A DNA stretch of 64,000 nt from positions 20,175 through 84,174 of the forward strand of contig SHVE01000005.1 of the NCBI GenBank assembly GCA_009694365.1, written 5' to 3'. Source of the DNA: Thermoleophilia bacterium. GTDB lineage: Bacteria > Actinomycetota > Thermoleophilia > Miltoncostaeales > Miltoncostaeaceae. The position numbers and the translations under genes are program-made. Positions 63,840 through 64,000 of the stretch are shown piece by piece. The notes beneath the pieces are model-generated. The model was not told the origin of the DNA. It did not search any database and saw only the letters and a list, made by a program, of their open reading frames with translations. Each line of letters opens with the position of its first letter. Within the stretch, counting starts at the first letter, position 1.

Positions 63840-64000
63840 ATGGCCGAAGTGACCTCACGACCGCCAAATGGCGCCGGAGCGATTCGCGTCGTCGGTGCCC
63901 GTGAGCACAACCTCAAGGACGTGACCGTGTCGATTCCACGGAATCGTCTCACGGTCATCACGGGTCTCTCGGGCAGTGGGAAGTCGAGCTTGGCCTTCGA
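63840..64000 (+). CDS. uvrA: Excinuclease ABC subunit A, N-terminal part; the 3' end lies outside the window
   Basis: ATG at 63840. Translation ...[39 protein letters not shown] is the canonical UvrA N-terminus with Walker A. The ORF is too short to appear in the supplied ORF track. Confidence 0.85.
   Translation, partial: MAEVTSRPPNGAGAIRVVGAREHNLKDVTVSIPRNRLTVITGLSGSGKSSLAF

Overview
This is a high-GC, gene-dense chromosomal segment. It looks like an Actinomycetota-type core genome. That inference rests on synteny (hisF-hisI-trpE, alaS-ruvX-mltG-aroE, hisS-aspS), an HU protein with a Lys/Ala-rich tail, a polyphosphate glucokinase, and pervasive ATGA/GTGA stop-start overlaps.

I can support about 65 protein genes, 2 tRNAs, one TPP riboswitch, one Zur-type operator, a few hairpin terminators and three gene relics. 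In order along the window:
- HIT / phoH-ybeY-era.
- A decayed hisF relic, then hisIE-trpEGDC chained by overlapping stop/start codons to a secreted beta-helix protein, a TlpA/CcmG-like thioredoxin and CcmH.
- DUF72, iscA/erpA and a thiolase.
- A decayed patch from 12.9 to 14.1 kb.
- An acidic tandem-repeat lipoprotein, a nitroreductase, a topoisomerase III with three zinc-ribbon repeats, pfkA and a hydrolase.
- tRNA-Glu and tRNA-Gln.
- Two ABC exporter half-transporters, a formimidoyltransferase, and hisS-aspS.
- A NifU-MnmA fusion.
- DUF948, alaS-ruvX-mltG-aroE, sbcDC-like genes, cbiX and HU.
- pgl / gnd-zwf-ppgK.
- DUF3891, dodecin and a DUF429-like gene.
- A PDZ/TPR secreted protein, deoA-mutM-S58 peptidase, grx and recO.
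- A TPP-riboswitch-controlled thiZ-thiX-thiY-Lin0512 operon.
- gloA and uvrB, a Zur-box-controlled znuABC plus zur, and the start of uvrA.

I found no CRISPR array, no integrase or transposase, no rRNA and no obvious defence island.

The most novel-looking items are:
- a Lin0512-family protein of unknown function, translationally coupled to a TPP-riboswitch thiamine-pyrimidine salvage transporter;
- an IscU/NifU-like domain fused to a CxxC-type MnmA;
- a lipoprotein whose mature part is almost entirely a perfect (DEDMD)n repeat;
- a truncated, degenerate hisF relic preceded by a cluster of GGTGTC-N-GACACC palindromes;
- a Y-family-polymerase relic abutting a surface-protein fragment.

All family calls rest on motifs I recognise by eye. 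No database search was run.
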